NCBI GenBank assembly: GCA_029775855.1
Contig: JARVJZ010000004.1
Location: forward strand, 128,001-192,000
DNA from: Nitrososphaeria archaeon
GTDB lineage: Archaea > Thermoproteota > Nitrososphaeria > Nitrososphaerales > JAAOZN01
Direction of reading: 5' to 3'
DNA: 64,000 nucleotides
Shown here piece after piece: positions 48,801-57,766 of this stretch. The notes beneath the pieces were generated by a model. The model did not search any database. It was not told the origin of the DNA and saw only the letters and a program-made list of their open reading frames with translations. Within the stretch, counting starts at the first letter, position 1, and the number at the start of each line of letters is the position of its first letter. Made by a program: the position numbers and the translations under genes.

Positions 48801-48943
48801 TTCTTAAGGAGATGGGGTTTGCTTTAAGCGCAGCAATCTTCATAGATACATTCTTCATGCGGCTCGTCTTTAACCCATCTATAATAGTGGTAGCTAAGAA
48901 ATGGAATTGGTGGCCAAGAAGGTTAGCGCAGAAAAACCAATGA
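45836..48943 (+). CDS. MMPL/RND family membrane transporter
   Basis: Two TM bundles with GAGVDY ... RYLEE and GLGMDY ... RVREE; large extracytoplasmic insert; WNWWP. Confidence 0.9.
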   Translation: MSLLDRYAANTVKRPKTLIAVAVVIIILLSFNAPHLDEYILYSIDLFIPTTLEAKRTQEIISTKIGVEQADVEFIVVEADGSRLFSEDGRLLLSRLTRGLEESSGVTLKGVREVVSITKVYDEVLNVYWLKMNETYRNIEDFVRSNLTKLHLAFYEMVDSLHTLHTQLYHTLNNLTAASEIVYGVPALYLKVWSNTVEQMFKANPTRPISTKLVNELAFNTSLAMLPADGRALTESYLKAFYSAWSSSLKEDFLSLSDLTPQNLYGRAQEAIDSTAPLIFNSATLGKASLLFTKVHNIMNLTTWLDASLRHDLLKDVTITLVSEEAGLEPESVKKVFNLGAEISEQELNKLTVDLLSERQVANRTLLETCLELGRNPTSEEIDAVVKSVTSKLFEDIKARFPKPSFPESIPKDLYNRFVSSDNKTTIIIVRFNHNLTESEKEANIKSLHNIVEEVKEPSFTILLTGPMSLSHDIKSINTRDIENIDKATIIVVFILGAFVLTSLVVPSISLITVGAALFAALGLLTLLSSIGFKPYYLLRSMISVVTLGAGVDYVIFMLFRYLEERTIQSDNSVAVKRTALHAGGAVVLSASAVIIGFLSLTLSEIGILRSIGLGLAIGILITLAAALLIIPSTLFIVKERILWPRKRIPTHAARIVLFRRMAHYCVSKPKKILAIGLLITVALGVILSTITVTFNDIEMLPPFESKEGVEHILNAFGAAPFSQAQVVVLSKEPLFYDTIINVGLYLALDRLGQEVSAVDGVVAHYTLGPTRPNGTYISPEEADKSIIKQFMDKEGKIFLITTSLKHFYTSDEAFRTIKSIREKAAELVREEKALSGAEILVGGSAAFYYDIMSKINADFLYFIIPVACVSIFLILLIALGSFIIPLRLLATTAMSVVWSLALLVLVFQHWLGFQIYWLTPFLTFALLMGLGMDYDIFLITRVREEALKGFSDEQAVVNAVEKTGLVLTGAGLILGSALATLMLSPNIVLKEMGFALSAAIFIDTFFMRLVFNPSIIVVAKKWNWWPRRLAQKNQ

Positions 48944-49142
48944 AAAAGCAAAAATCTTATCTCTTTAAAGTATGCTCAGTACGTCTATAATGCAATAAAA
49001 CTCTCGAAAAAGTGCTCTTAAATATAGCGCTTTTTAGCTTCTTTGGCAATCTTCAAAATAAAGTTATCTAGAAAACATACAAACGCCTTTGGATTGGAAG
49101 ATTTAAGAAACTTATTCTGCTCTCTATCCTTCCCCAACTTCT

Positions 49143-49211
49143 CTAAAGACATCCTTTATCTGTAAAGCTGCGAATACTACGCCTAGTCGCTATCGCCTCC
49201 AAAACACTCAA
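49143..49211 (-). pseudogene. Nitroreductase N-terminal relic
   Basis: TTG-initiated MSVLEAIATRRSIRSFTDK then an early stop; RRSIRxF is the FMN nitroreductase signature. Confidence 0.6.
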
Positions 49212-49396
49212 CACAACTATCCATTCGATGTTAAAGACACAAACTATTAATCATTTCAAATAGCAACTAAGGAAAACATTAAAGACTCGATATATCTAAA
49301 CAACATCAGCCGGATCGAGTCTGATTATTGTATGGATGTTATAATATTCGCCGAAAACTTTAGGAAGATGCTGAACAAAATTGATAAGGAGCGTAT

Positions 49397-49762
49397 TTGG
49401 TTAAAGAAGATGAAATTCTGGAAGAGCTAAAACGAATTCGTACGCTTATAGAACCTAAGCCCGCGCCACCTCCACCTAAAGGATTCTGGGCTGAATTTCT
49501 AGACTTTCTCTCAAAATACAAGGTTATGGGCATGGCTGTTGCCTTTATTCTTGGTTTATATCTCGGTGCGCTGGTCAAAGCGCTAGTCGATGACCTTATA
49601 ATGCCAATCGTGCAGTTCGCTGTCCCCAACGTTGCTTGGGAAGCAATAGAGATAGGTCCTTTCCGTGTAGGCCATTTTGCAGGAGCGGTCATCACATTCA
49701 TAATAATCGCGCTAGTTGTCTTCGTAATGGTGAAGATAACCAGAAGATTAGGAGTAGAATAA
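49397..49762 (+). CDS. mscL: Large-conductance mechanosensitive channel
   Basis: EFLDFL, MAVAFILG, LVDDLIMP, GHF ... ITFII. Confidence 0.9.
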   Translation: MVKEDEILEELKRIRTLIEPKPAPPPPKGFWAEFLDFLSKYKVMGMAVAFILGLYLGALVKALVDDLIMPIVQFAVPNVAWEAIEIGPFRVGHFAGAVITFIIIALVVFVMVKITRRLGVE

Positions 49763-50028
49763 GACTACACCAAAATACACCTCCACAGAGGAGAGCAAAT
49801 ATTACAGCCAGAGAATTAGCAAGCCTAACCTCGTGCATCTTGTGCTACCTTGTTGCCTGTTTTTCTCATAGGTTCTGCCTCGACATCGGCGTATAAGGGT
49901 GGTCTATTCCTGGTTTATCCATAAAAGCAATGGTCAATGGTAACTTGAGCTGATGTAGGCTCACATTGACTTACCGAGCTTTGGAAAGAGATTTTGAAGC
50001 CTACAAAGGAGACTATGTGAATTAATAG

Positions 50029-50120
50029 TGCGGTCGCCGGGATTTGAACCCGGGTCGCGAGCTTGGAGGGCTCGTGTCCTAGACCAGATTTTCCGCTTGT
50101 CTGCTCTGGACGACGACCGC
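50029..50120 (-). tRNA. tRNA-Gly(TCC) with a 17-nt D-loop intron at 15/16 (50089-50105) and C33
   Basis: GCGGTCG/CGACCGC acceptor with A73; anticodon arm CGAGC-CCTCCAA-GCTCG; intron AGCAGACAAGCGGAAAA in a relaxed BHB (GTCC/GGAA). Confidence 0.9.
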
Positions 50121-50160
50121 TACTAGATGGTTTGATGAAGGGTGATTAAAAGCGTATATG

Positions 50161-51027
50161 TTATTTGGAGAGGTATCTCCAAGAGAGAATTATTCCTAGG
50201 GTTGATAGCGTGGCTGCGAAGGCTGCTAGGTATGTGAAGCCGAAGCTTAGGTCACTCATGCCTGGAGATGCTAGTAGAAGTTGTCTGCATATGTCTGCTG
50301 CGTAGCTTATTGGGTTTATCTTCGCTATTGTCTGTAACCACGTTGGCATGTAGTTTACTGGGAACATAGCGTTGCTTGCGAAGAGAATGGGTAGATTTAG
50401 TAGATTCATGACTGCCATTTGAGCCTCCCAGCTTGTTGACCTTATGGCTAGGGTGACGAATAGTGAGGCGAAGCCTACTATGAGTAGAAGTAAAGCCAAG
50501 AAAGACCCAAGCAGACCAGCAGGGGTTATATGTGATATATCCATACCTAATAGCGCAGCGAGTAAGAGTACTATTGCTGCTTGAGCTAGAGCGCGAATCA
50601 CTGTTGATATAACTTTGGCCATAGGTATGGCGCCTCTTGCTACTGGCGTGCTGAGAACTTTATCTAGGAAGCCTAGTCTTCTATCCCAGACTATTGACAT
50701 GCCGCTGAACATAGCGGTGAATATTGAGATGAATGTGAGCATGCCTACTGCTAGGTATGAGAAGTAGTCTTGTGTGCCGAAGGTCTGGAGCATTATCTGC
50801 TTACCAATTTGGTTTACAACTTCCTTGGGTATGTTTAATCCGGGTATGTTGAAGGCGCTTCCTGTAAATAGAGCGGTTATGTTCATAGCTTTTCCGAAGA
50901 GTGCTAACCAGATGAATGGTTGGATAAGGGACATCAGAAATATGAATGGCACCTTATACCATTTTTTGAGGTCTCTGTTTGTTAGAGCCCATATGCCGTG
51001 TAGTGGGCTTGTGTTGACTTTGTCCAT
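50161..51027 (-). CDS. ABC-2 type permease (DrrB-like)
   Basis: QPFIWLALFG, DRRLGFL, FASNAMFP, INPISY. Confidence 0.9.
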   Translation of the reverse strand: MDKVNTSPLHGIWALTNRDLKKWYKVPFIFLMSLIQPFIWLALFGKAMNITALFTGSAFNIPGLNIPKEVVNQIGKQIMLQTFGTQDYFSYLAVGMLTFISIFTAMFSGMSIVWDRRLGFLDKVLSTPVARGAIPMAKVISTVIRALAQAAIVLLLAALLGMDISHITPAGLLGSFLALLLLIVGFASLFVTLAIRSTSWEAQMAVMNLLNLPILFASNAMFPVNYMPTWLQTIAKINPISYAADICRQLLLASPGMSDLSFGFTYLAAFAATLSTLGIILSWRYLSK

Positions 51028-51031
51028 TGGT

Positions 51032-52036
51032 TTAACCTCTTGCTTTGTGTAGTGTCCTTCTCAATGCCATCATTTCCTCCTCGCTTGCTTGCTCAGCTCT
51101 TAATGAGCGACCAGTGTATTCAAGGTAGACTTCGTCTAAGGTTGGTTTTATCATAGAGAGTTTTGATACGGTTAGGCCTCTGCTTCTCATTGCTTCGATT
51201 ACTGCTGGGGCAACTTCTTCACCTCTCTCGGCTTTTATGCGGTAGAGAGCATCCGCTTTCTTAACTTCTTTTACGCCCTTGATCTCTCTGATTAATGTTG
51301 TCAAGTCTAGTTTGTCTGTGTTTACGCTTATTTCTATGATGTCTCCACCTAGTCCAGATTTTAGTTCGTTTGGACTACCGATTTTAAGTATCTTCCCATG
51401 ATCTATGATGGCAACTCTGTCACATATAGCATCTGCTTCTTCCAAATAGTGTGTAGTCATAAAGATGGTCATACCATACTCTTCCTTCAATCTTTTAATG
51501 TAGTTCCAAACCGCTACCCTAGTCTGCACATCTAATCCTAATGTTGGTTCGTCTAGAAAGAGTAGTGTTGGTCTACTTATCAACCCACACGCCAATTCTA
51601 ACCTCCTTCTCATCCCTCCTGAATATGTTTCGACCTTACGTTTAGCAGCCTCTTTGAGTTCAACGAGTTCGAGTAGTTCCCACGCTCTCTGCTTTGCTGT
51701 GCTGCTTGGTATGCCGTAAAGGGCTGCGCATAGCAGTATGTTGTCCAGTCCTGTGAGGTCTTCGTCTGCGGTATATTCTTGGTGGACTACTCCTATGGAG
51801 CGTCTTACTTCAGCTGCTTCTCTTATGATGTCGTAGCCGCAGACCTTTGCTGTGCCTGAGGATGGTTTGAGGATGGTTGTAAGCATGTTTATCATTGTGC
51901 TCTTTCCCGCGCCATTTGGTCCTAGTAGCCCGAAGGTTTCTCCTTGTTCAATCTCTAGATTTACGTTATCTACTGCTTTTACTTTTTTGTTAAATATTTT
52001 TGTGAGGTTATGTGCTTCAACTACTTTAGGTGGCAT
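51032..52036 (-). CDS. DrrA-like ABC exporter ATPase
   Basis: GPNGAGKST, YSGGMRRR, LDEPTLGLD, TTHY, PTLDEVYL. Confidence 0.92.
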   Translation of the reverse strand: MPPKVVEAHNLTKIFNKKVKAVDNVNLEIEQGETFGLLGPNGAGKSTMINMLTTILKPSSGTAKVCGYDIIREAAEVRRSIGVVHQEYTADEDLTGLDNILLCAALYGIPSSTAKQRAWELLELVELKEAAKRKVETYSGGMRRRLELACGLISRPTLLFLDEPTLGLDVQTRVAVWNYIKRLKEEYGMTIFMTTHYLEEADAICDRVAIIDHGKILKIGSPNELKSGLGGDIIEISVNTDKLDLTTLIREIKGVKEVKKADALYRIKAERGEEVAPAVIEAMRSRGLTVSKLSMIKPTLDEVYLEYTGRSLRAEQASEEEMMALRRTLHKARG

Positions 52037-52614
52037 AGTTTAACATCCTCCTTATTTTTGAGTGTTTGTATCTTCTGCTTTACCCACTTTATTTCATCTT
52101 CTAGGTGCTTTGCGTATTCGGTTAAGATCTTTTGTGTGATTTCTGGGTTTAGCTTCTGAGTATTCTTATCTATTATTGCGTGTAGTATGTTGAAGTGTAG
52201 TTTAGAGCCTTCGGCTATGAATTTTGGTATATCTTCGGTGTCCAGCATATCTATAAGTAAGTTGCGGGATGCTGCAAGGCGTTGGCTCCCATTTATAAAG
52301 AGGGATTTAGCGGTTCTTAGGTGGTGCAGACCTTTTGGTGTTATGGTGTAGAGCCTTCTAATCTTCCTTCTAGCCTCTACTTCCTTAACTTCGATGAAGC
52401 CTTTTTCAAGCATCTTTTTGAATAAAGGGTAGAGTGAACCCGGGCTTGGTTGCCACTTGCCTTGTGTTTTATGTGTTATGTCTTTTAGGATTTCGTAGCC
52501 GTATGCTGGCTTAGAAGCTAGCTTGTGGAGTATGTAGTGCATCAGTAAGCCTATGGGCACACCTTGACGAGTTGAACATAGAAGCGGTTCTTTGGAAGAG
52601 ATTACTGTTTTCAA
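52021..52614 (-). CDS. PadR family transcriptional regulator (start uncertain)
   Basis: YGYEI, WQPSPGSLYP, YTITPKG. Confidence 0.88.
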   Translation of the reverse strand: MKTVISSKEPLLCSTRQGVPIGLLMHYILHKLASKPAYGYEILKDITHKTQGKWQPSPGSLYPLFKKMLEKGFIEVKEVEARRKIRRLYTITPKGLHHLRTAKSLFINGSQRLAASRNLLIDMLDTEDIPKFIAEGSKLHFNILHAIIDKNTQKLNPEITQKILTEYAKHLEDEIKWVKQKIQTLKNKEDVKLCHLK

Positions 52615-52648
52615 ACCCTTAACAATCTTCTCATTTGGGTGTAGATAA

Positions 52649-52668
52649 ATATATCGGATACGATATAT
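52649..52668. promoter_or_regulatory. Palindromic operator upstream of the padR-ABC operon
   Basis: ATATATCG-GATA-CGATATAT perfect 8-4-8 dyad abutting the TATA-like element. Confidence 0.72.
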
Positions 52669-52676
52669 GCAGCTGT

Positions 52677-54179
52677 TTAGTGAAGGTGTTTTAGTTTTCC
52701 TAATCCTGCTGGCTCCAAGTTGAAGATAATGGTCTTGAGCCTCGTCATCTCATCTATACTATATCCTATTCCCTCTCTACCTATGCCTGAATCCTTCCAG
52801 CCTCCAAATGGGAAGTAGCCTACACCATGCTTTGGTAGGTCATTAACGGTAATTTCACCAACCTCTAGTTTCTTGGCTACCTTCCACATTCTGTAGAAGC
52901 TGCTCGTGAATACGCATGAATCTAGACCGTAGCGTGATTTCTTAGCCAACTCAATTGCTTCGTCTTCATCTTTAACTACAACAATCGTAACTACGGGGCC
53001 AAAGGTTTCTTCGTAGACGATCTTTGAGTTAAGTGGGACGGAGTCTAGGATGGTTGGTTGGTAGTAGTGTCCATGGTATGCTCCACCAATTAGTAGTTTA
53101 GCGCCTTTCTGTATAGCATCTTCTACTAGTGAATGTATTCTTCTCACTGCTTCTTGGTTTATTAATGGGCCTACTTTCCAGTTTCTTACTTCTTCAAGCA
53201 CTTTAGTTATGAATTGGGTGTGAATATTGGTTTGGACTGCTATGAGGCTGATGGCATCGCACCTCTGGCCAGCATTCTTTAATGCGCCTTCAACGCATTT
53301 TTTGGCTGCTAAGTTTAGGTCTGCATCATCTAAGACGATGGCTAAGCCTTTCCCTCCTAGTTCTAAGTGTAGGTGTTTTAATGTGGCTAGGCTGGATATC
53401 TTTTTACCCACGGTTGTGCTGCCGGTGAAAGATATCATGTTAACTCGTTCATCTAGGATCATTCTCTCTCCTATATCTCCGCCTCCTGTTAAGGTGTTTA
53501 GCACACCTTTTGGCAGTTTTGCTTCCTCAAGCACCTTTGTGAATAGGAGTAGTGATAGGGGCGTTTCGCTTGAGCTCTTGGCTACTACAGCATTCCCAGA
53601 CAGTAGGGCGGGTATAATTTTAGCTGAGGCTATATAGAGTGGGTAGTTAAAAGGTGTTATTGCTGCTATAACGCCTAGAGGCTCTCTTATAACTAGTGCG
53701 ATCTTACCGCTTGTGCCTTCAGACCAGTCTCCTGGTATGTATTCGCCGAAGATCTTTCTGATTTCTTCCAGCGTTAGGTTTAGCCGCTCGATGGTTGCAT
53801 TCACCTCTCCTTCGGCATCTTCAGGTGTCTTTCCTACTTCTAATGTGAGTGTATTTATGAAGTCTTTTTTATGGCTTTTTAAGATATCTGCTGCGCGTTT
53901 GAATATCTCTATTCGGTCTATTCCTGGGATGTCTCTAATTTCTTGCTTATTGTTATGCGCTGAGGCTATTGCTCTGTCGACATCTTCTAGGCTTGCTTTA
54001 CTTGCATACGCTATTACCTTTCCGTTTATTGGTGTGTCTACTTTGATGTATTCTTTTGTGCTTGACTCTACCCATTCGCCGTTTATATAGAGTTTGAATA
54101 ATGGTAGGTCATCTTCGCTTCTTCTCCAGATGCCGTCAAATAGGGGAGAAAGCCTCAGCTCAACGTTATTTTGATGCAT
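52677..54179 (-). CDS. gapN: Non-phosphorylating glyceraldehyde-3-phosphate dehydrogenase-like aldehyde dehydrogenase
   Basis: GEYIPGDW, REPLGVIAAITPFNYPL, FTGS, LELGG, GQRCDA, EETFGP; resembles Thermoproteus GAPN. Confidence 0.75.
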   Translation of the reverse strand: MHQNNVELRLSPLFDGIWRRSEDDLPLFKLYINGEWVESSTKEYIKVDTPINGKVIAYASKASLEDVDRAIASAHNNKQEIRDIPGIDRIEIFKRAADILKSHKKDFINTLTLEVGKTPEDAEGEVNATIERLNLTLEEIRKIFGEYIPGDWSEGTSGKIALVIREPLGVIAAITPFNYPLYIASAKIIPALLSGNAVVAKSSSETPLSLLLFTKVLEEAKLPKGVLNTLTGGGDIGERMILDERVNMISFTGSTTVGKKISSLATLKHLHLELGGKGLAIVLDDADLNLAAKKCVEGALKNAGQRCDAISLIAVQTNIHTQFITKVLEEVRNWKVGPLINQEAVRRIHSLVEDAIQKGAKLLIGGAYHGHYYQPTILDSVPLNSKIVYEETFGPVVTIVVVKDEDEAIELAKKSRYGLDSCVFTSSFYRMWKVAKKLEVGEITVNDLPKHGVGYFPFGGWKDSGIGREGIGYSIDEMTRLKTIIFNLEPAGLGKLKHLH

Positions 54180-54236
54180 ATCATCTTTAAATACGGCTTA
54201 CAGACTTAAGAAGATTGCCGAAGATAAGGGGTTAGT

Positions 54237-54752
54237 ATGCATAGAGCATACTGCAAGTTTGTAAACTCTCCACTAGGTTCAGTTTCGCTTTTTGCTACAG
54301 ATAAAGGGTTGATTTTGGTAAAAATTGGGGCTGAACTCAACACCATTAGCGGCGGAACTTTAGCATCAGACATAAAATTTGCTGGTGAGAATGATGTGCT
54401 TAAGTTGGCTGAAGTTGAACTCAACGAATACTTTGAAGGGAGGCGTAAATACTTCACAGTTAACCTAGACATCTCTGGCTCCGAGTTTGATATGGATGTG
54501 TGGGATGCTGCTAAAAGCATACCATATGGTGAGACCAGAAGCTACTGCTGGCTATCTGAGCAGATAGGTCGACCTAAAGCATATAGGGCTGTAGGTGGGG
54601 CTTTAAGTAGAAACCCAACCCCTATCTTTATTCCATGCCATAGGGTTATCCGCTCTGACGGTGGTTTAGGCGGTTATAGCGCAGGTCTTCGGGTTAAGCG
54701 CCTTCTACTTAAGTTTGAGAAAGAAGGCAAATTAGATCCTAACGACCTCTAG
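54237..54752 (+). CDS. ogt: Methylated-DNA-protein-cysteine methyltransferase
   Basis: IPYGETRSY, RAVG, IPCHRV. Confidence 0.95.
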   Translation: MHRAYCKFVNSPLGSVSLFATDKGLILVKIGAELNTISGGTLASDIKFAGENDVLKLAEVELNEYFEGRRKYFTVNLDISGSEFDMDVWDAAKSIPYGETRSYCWLSEQIGRPKAYRAVGGALSRNPTPIFIPCHRVIRSDGGLGGYSAGLRVKRLLLKFEKEGKLDPNDL

Positions 54753-55565
54753 TCCTACTTCATCTATTATGCTGAGAAGATTCTGCTTCTCTGTTGACAA
54801 CCCCTTCCAATCTAAGATAGCATAATTGACATCTTCAACACACCTACTAACCATTAGCCTCACGGTATCGACAGTCAGCTCTTTAAGCATGTGTTTAGAG
54901 GCTACCGCACCCAATGCATATTCAGATTCAACTAAAAGCTGCGTAAACTTCGACGAGTAATGTGTGCCGCCAAACCCTAAACCGATTTTAGAAGCATATT
55001 CATTGTTGCAGAGAGCAGACCAAAGCGAGTCAGCAACAACAGAAGCAGCATGCGTATCAGCCCACTGAAGAGGCGTAGAACCCACTTCAACGAACATGCA
55101 AGGCTTCTTTAGGCTTGATGGGCCGTGATGCATAGGCTCTAAAACAACTTGGTATCCTTTAACCTCATTCCTCCTAAGCCATAGCTCTTTAATGTATCTC
55201 TTGAGTAGGCTCGGATAGGTTATAGAAGGCTCTTTAGGTTTGCCACCGTAACTTGCGTCTGCACCCAAGTTTCCTGGGAAGTGGGCTGTTAGACACGGTA
55301 TACCTTTCTCTGAGCTGTGGCGTGAAAGGAAGATGTATGCCTTGGGTTTAAATGCGTAATCTAAGTGGTCAGCATATATAATCTCCCTCTCTGTGTATAT
55401 GAGCTTGACGCCATCCTTATCAAAGACACTATACCCTTCAAAATGCTCAGATGACTCTCTGAAACCGTATTTGGATCTTAGCGAGGAAGCTATGTTACAT
55501 CCAGCCTTATCTTTAATTGAGGCTACAAGTATATACTCTGCACCCTCTGCATCCATCTCCCTCAC
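54732..55565 (-). CDS. dtdA: Archaeal D-aminoacyl-tRNA deacylase (DTD2)
   Basis: SRHSS, LTAHFPGN, EPMHHGP, FVEVGS, GGTHY. Confidence 0.9.
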   Translation of the reverse strand: MREMDAEGAEYILVASIKDKAGCNIASSLRSKYGFRESSEHFEGYSVFDKDGVKLIYTEREIIYADHLDYAFKPKAYIFLSRHSSEKGIPCLTAHFPGNLGADASYGGKPKEPSITYPSLLKRYIKELWLRRNEVKGYQVVLEPMHHGPSSLKKPCMFVEVGSTPLQWADTHAASVVADSLWSALCNNEYASKIGLGFGGTHYSSKFTQLLVESEYALGAVASKHMLKELTVDTVRLMVSRCVEDVNYAILDWKGLSTEKQNLLSIIDEVGLEVVRI

Positions 55566-55571
55566 ACCATT

Positions 55572-56555
55572 CTACTCTTTTGAACGCCAGAGTCTTCCAT
55601 AGGTTCCCTGCTTCATCACAACTCGATTGGTTTTGAAGGCGATCCCCTTCTCTTTTTCAACGATCTCCATAGACGATAGAAGCGCTTGAGCTATCGCAAC
55701 GATCTCACCTTTGAGCGTGTAGATCACCACAATATCTCCCGCAGCGATGTCACTTGACAATCTTACAATTCCTGGTATGGCGAGCTGTGCACCGTGACAT
55801 ATAGCATCTACCGCAGAGTCTCTGATGTATACCTCCTTCATCCAAGCTGTAGCGTATTCTACTGGGCGAACACAGCGCCTCATGTAGCTTTCGTCGCCAG
55901 CTGCTAACATTTCTTTTGCGTAGAGCAAGTCGTGTAATCTTACAAAGCCGTCTTGCTCTGAGATGTTGCAGACTTTTATCCTTCTTAACTCAACCATCGT
56001 AGCTCCGCAGCCGAGCACCTCACCTACATCGTAGATGAGCTTCCTAATGTATGTCCCGGCTTGGCACGAGACCTTAAGTAAAATCAGTTTACCAACTTGC
56101 TCTAAGAGTTCGATGCTATATATTCTTCTGACCCTTGTGATTCGCTTCACGGAAGACCTTTGAGGAGGCCTCTGATAAATATCGCCTACAAACTCTTGAA
56201 GAACCTTCCTAAGCCTCTCTTCACCCACTGGGTCGTGAAGCCTCGCGACAGCAACATACTCTTTAGGCCCTAGCAGTAAGGTTGATAGGGCTTTTGTTGC
56301 TTCCCCTATGCCCACGGGTAAGAGACCTGTCGCTGGCGGGTCTAATGTGCCGCTATGCCCAGCTTTTTTTACATTCAAGATTCTTCTAACATATGAAACT
56401 ACCTCATGGCTAGTTGGACCTTCTGGCTTATCCAATGGGATTATGCCATATTGGAGAAGGACATCAATTGGTCTTTTGTCAAAGGGATATCCGTAGGATG
56501 GGTTAGAGTCTTCTTGTGCGAGCTCTATGAGCGGAGCTTTCTGCTTCTCCAACAC
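55572..56555 (-). CDS. cbf5: H/ACA RNP pseudouridine synthase Cbf5
   Basis: DKPEGPTSHEV, GHSGTLDP, GTYIR, PUA domain. Confidence 0.95.
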   Translation of the reverse strand: MLEKQKAPLIELAQEDSNPSYGYPFDKRPIDVLLQYGIIPLDKPEGPTSHEVVSYVRRILNVKKAGHSGTLDPPATGLLPVGIGEATKALSTLLLGPKEYVAVARLHDPVGEERLRKVLQEFVGDIYQRPPQRSSVKRITRVRRIYSIELLEQVGKLILLKVSCQAGTYIRKLIYDVGEVLGCGATMVELRRIKVCNISEQDGFVRLHDLLYAKEMLAAGDESYMRRCVRPVEYATAWMKEVYIRDSAVDAICHGAQLAIPGIVRLSSDIAAGDIVVIYTLKGEIVAIAQALLSSMEIVEKEKGIAFKTNRVVMKQGTYGRLWRSKE

Positions 56556-56558
56556 ACC

Positions 56559-57113
56559 TCACACAAATTGTTTAACGAAGGTTGCAACAATTTCAACGAC
56601 TGCATCTCTACTAAGAATGTCTGTGTTTACTATGAGGTCGAAGACCGATAGATCCTCTCCGAACTTTATACCGTAGATCTTCAGATAGAGGTTTCTATTC
56701 TCCTCGTCACGCTTCTTAACAATAGTTAGAGCTTCTTCATAGCTTATCTTATCTCGCTCAACCATACGCTTAGCCCTCTTTTCAAGGCTCCCTCGAAGCC
56801 ATATCTTTACCCCTAAATCTGTAATCCAAGGCAGTGAGTAGCTAGTTACAACTACACCGCCGCGCTCCAATTCCGCTATAAGCATTTTATCTACTTCTTT
56901 ATCATACTCTGGGTTCGCAGCCCGCTCAGCTAGAAAACGCATTCCTTGAGCGGTATCCCACCAATCTCTTCCCTTAGGGGTATACCCTCTTTTCGCCGCC
57001 AGCTCTTTAAGGGCATCGCCACCACCATAAACTCTTAACCCAAACCTTTCAGCTAATGCTTCGGCTACCGTCGTCTTTCCAACCGCTGGAGGACCGGAGA
57101 TTATAAAACTCAT
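56559..57113 (-). CDS. cmk: Cytidylate kinase (archaeal type; start moved to ATG 57113)
   Basis: ISGPPAVGKTT P-loop; conserved position upstream of cbf5. Confidence 0.88.
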   Translation of the reverse strand: MSFIISGPPAVGKTTVAEALAERFGLRVYGGGDALKELAAKRGYTPKGRDWWDTAQGMRFLAERAANPEYDKEVDKMLIAELERGGVVVTSYSLPWITDLGVKIWLRGSLEKRAKRMVERDKISYEEALTIVKKRDEENRNLYLKIYGIKFGEDLSVFDLIVNTDILSRDAVVEIVATFVKQFV

Positions 57114-57131
57114 TTTAAGCATACATTGCAC

Positions 57132-57644
57132 CTAGTCTGTTAGGCTCACACCAAAGAGTTTTGTTATCATCCCGCTAAACGCGAACGATGAAATCATATA
57201 CCACCAAAATAGGTTCAGCTCAGGACCTATAGGGCCTCCGTTAGCCCCAAGTGGGATGGGGATGGGAACAGGTGAGACTGCTACTGTGCCTGGGCCGATT
57301 ATGCCGTTTACAAGCCACCATAAGAGCATTAGCGGGATGAAGAATAGGAAGGTGACTTTAAGGTTGTCAGTTGCAACCTTGGCTTGCAGCTTATCCATCT
57401 GCGGCTTCTTCTTCTTGAGCTTCTCCTCCTTTGCTTTATTCCTCGTCATAATCGCTTCTCTGAGCTCCTTTTGATATTCTTTAAGTTCTGCTTGTATGCG
57501 TTTCATCTGCTCCACGTTGGTCAGCAGCCTCCGCCCAACCGCGTAGAGTATATTCACCCCCAAAGCCATCGCGATAACAACTAAGGTTGAGTAAGGTATG
57601 TGTGTGAATGTGTCGCCAAGTATCTGAAGCATAGCCGCAAACAA
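57132..57644 (-). CDS. DUF106/EMC3/TMCO1 (Oxa1 superfamily) membrane protein
   Basis: TM, coiled coil, TM; WWYMISS; conserved position before cmk. Confidence 0.88.
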   Translation of the reverse strand: MFAAMLQILGDTFTHIPYSTLVVIAMALGVNILYAVGRRLLTNVEQMKRIQAELKEYQKELREAIMTRNKAKEEKLKKKKPQMDKLQAKVATDNLKVTFLFFIPLMLLWWLVNGIIGPGTVAVSPVPIPIPLGANGGPIGPELNLFWWYMISSFAFSGMITKLFGVSLTD

Positions 57645-57766
57645 CCCCTTTTCTCTTACACAAACTAACCAGCGAATGTAGGCTAATAAGGGTTACGCAA
57701 AGCAGTCTTGTAGGTAAGGTAAGTTATACAGCTTCGCATAGTGCTAACCATCTAGCTAATAGAAAG

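Noticed and set aside
50062-50072. Reading the CCTCCAA loop as Glu(CTC) or Trp(CCA)
   Set aside because: The 5-bp stem fixes TCC at 34-36, and the acceptor stem with A73 is Gly-type.
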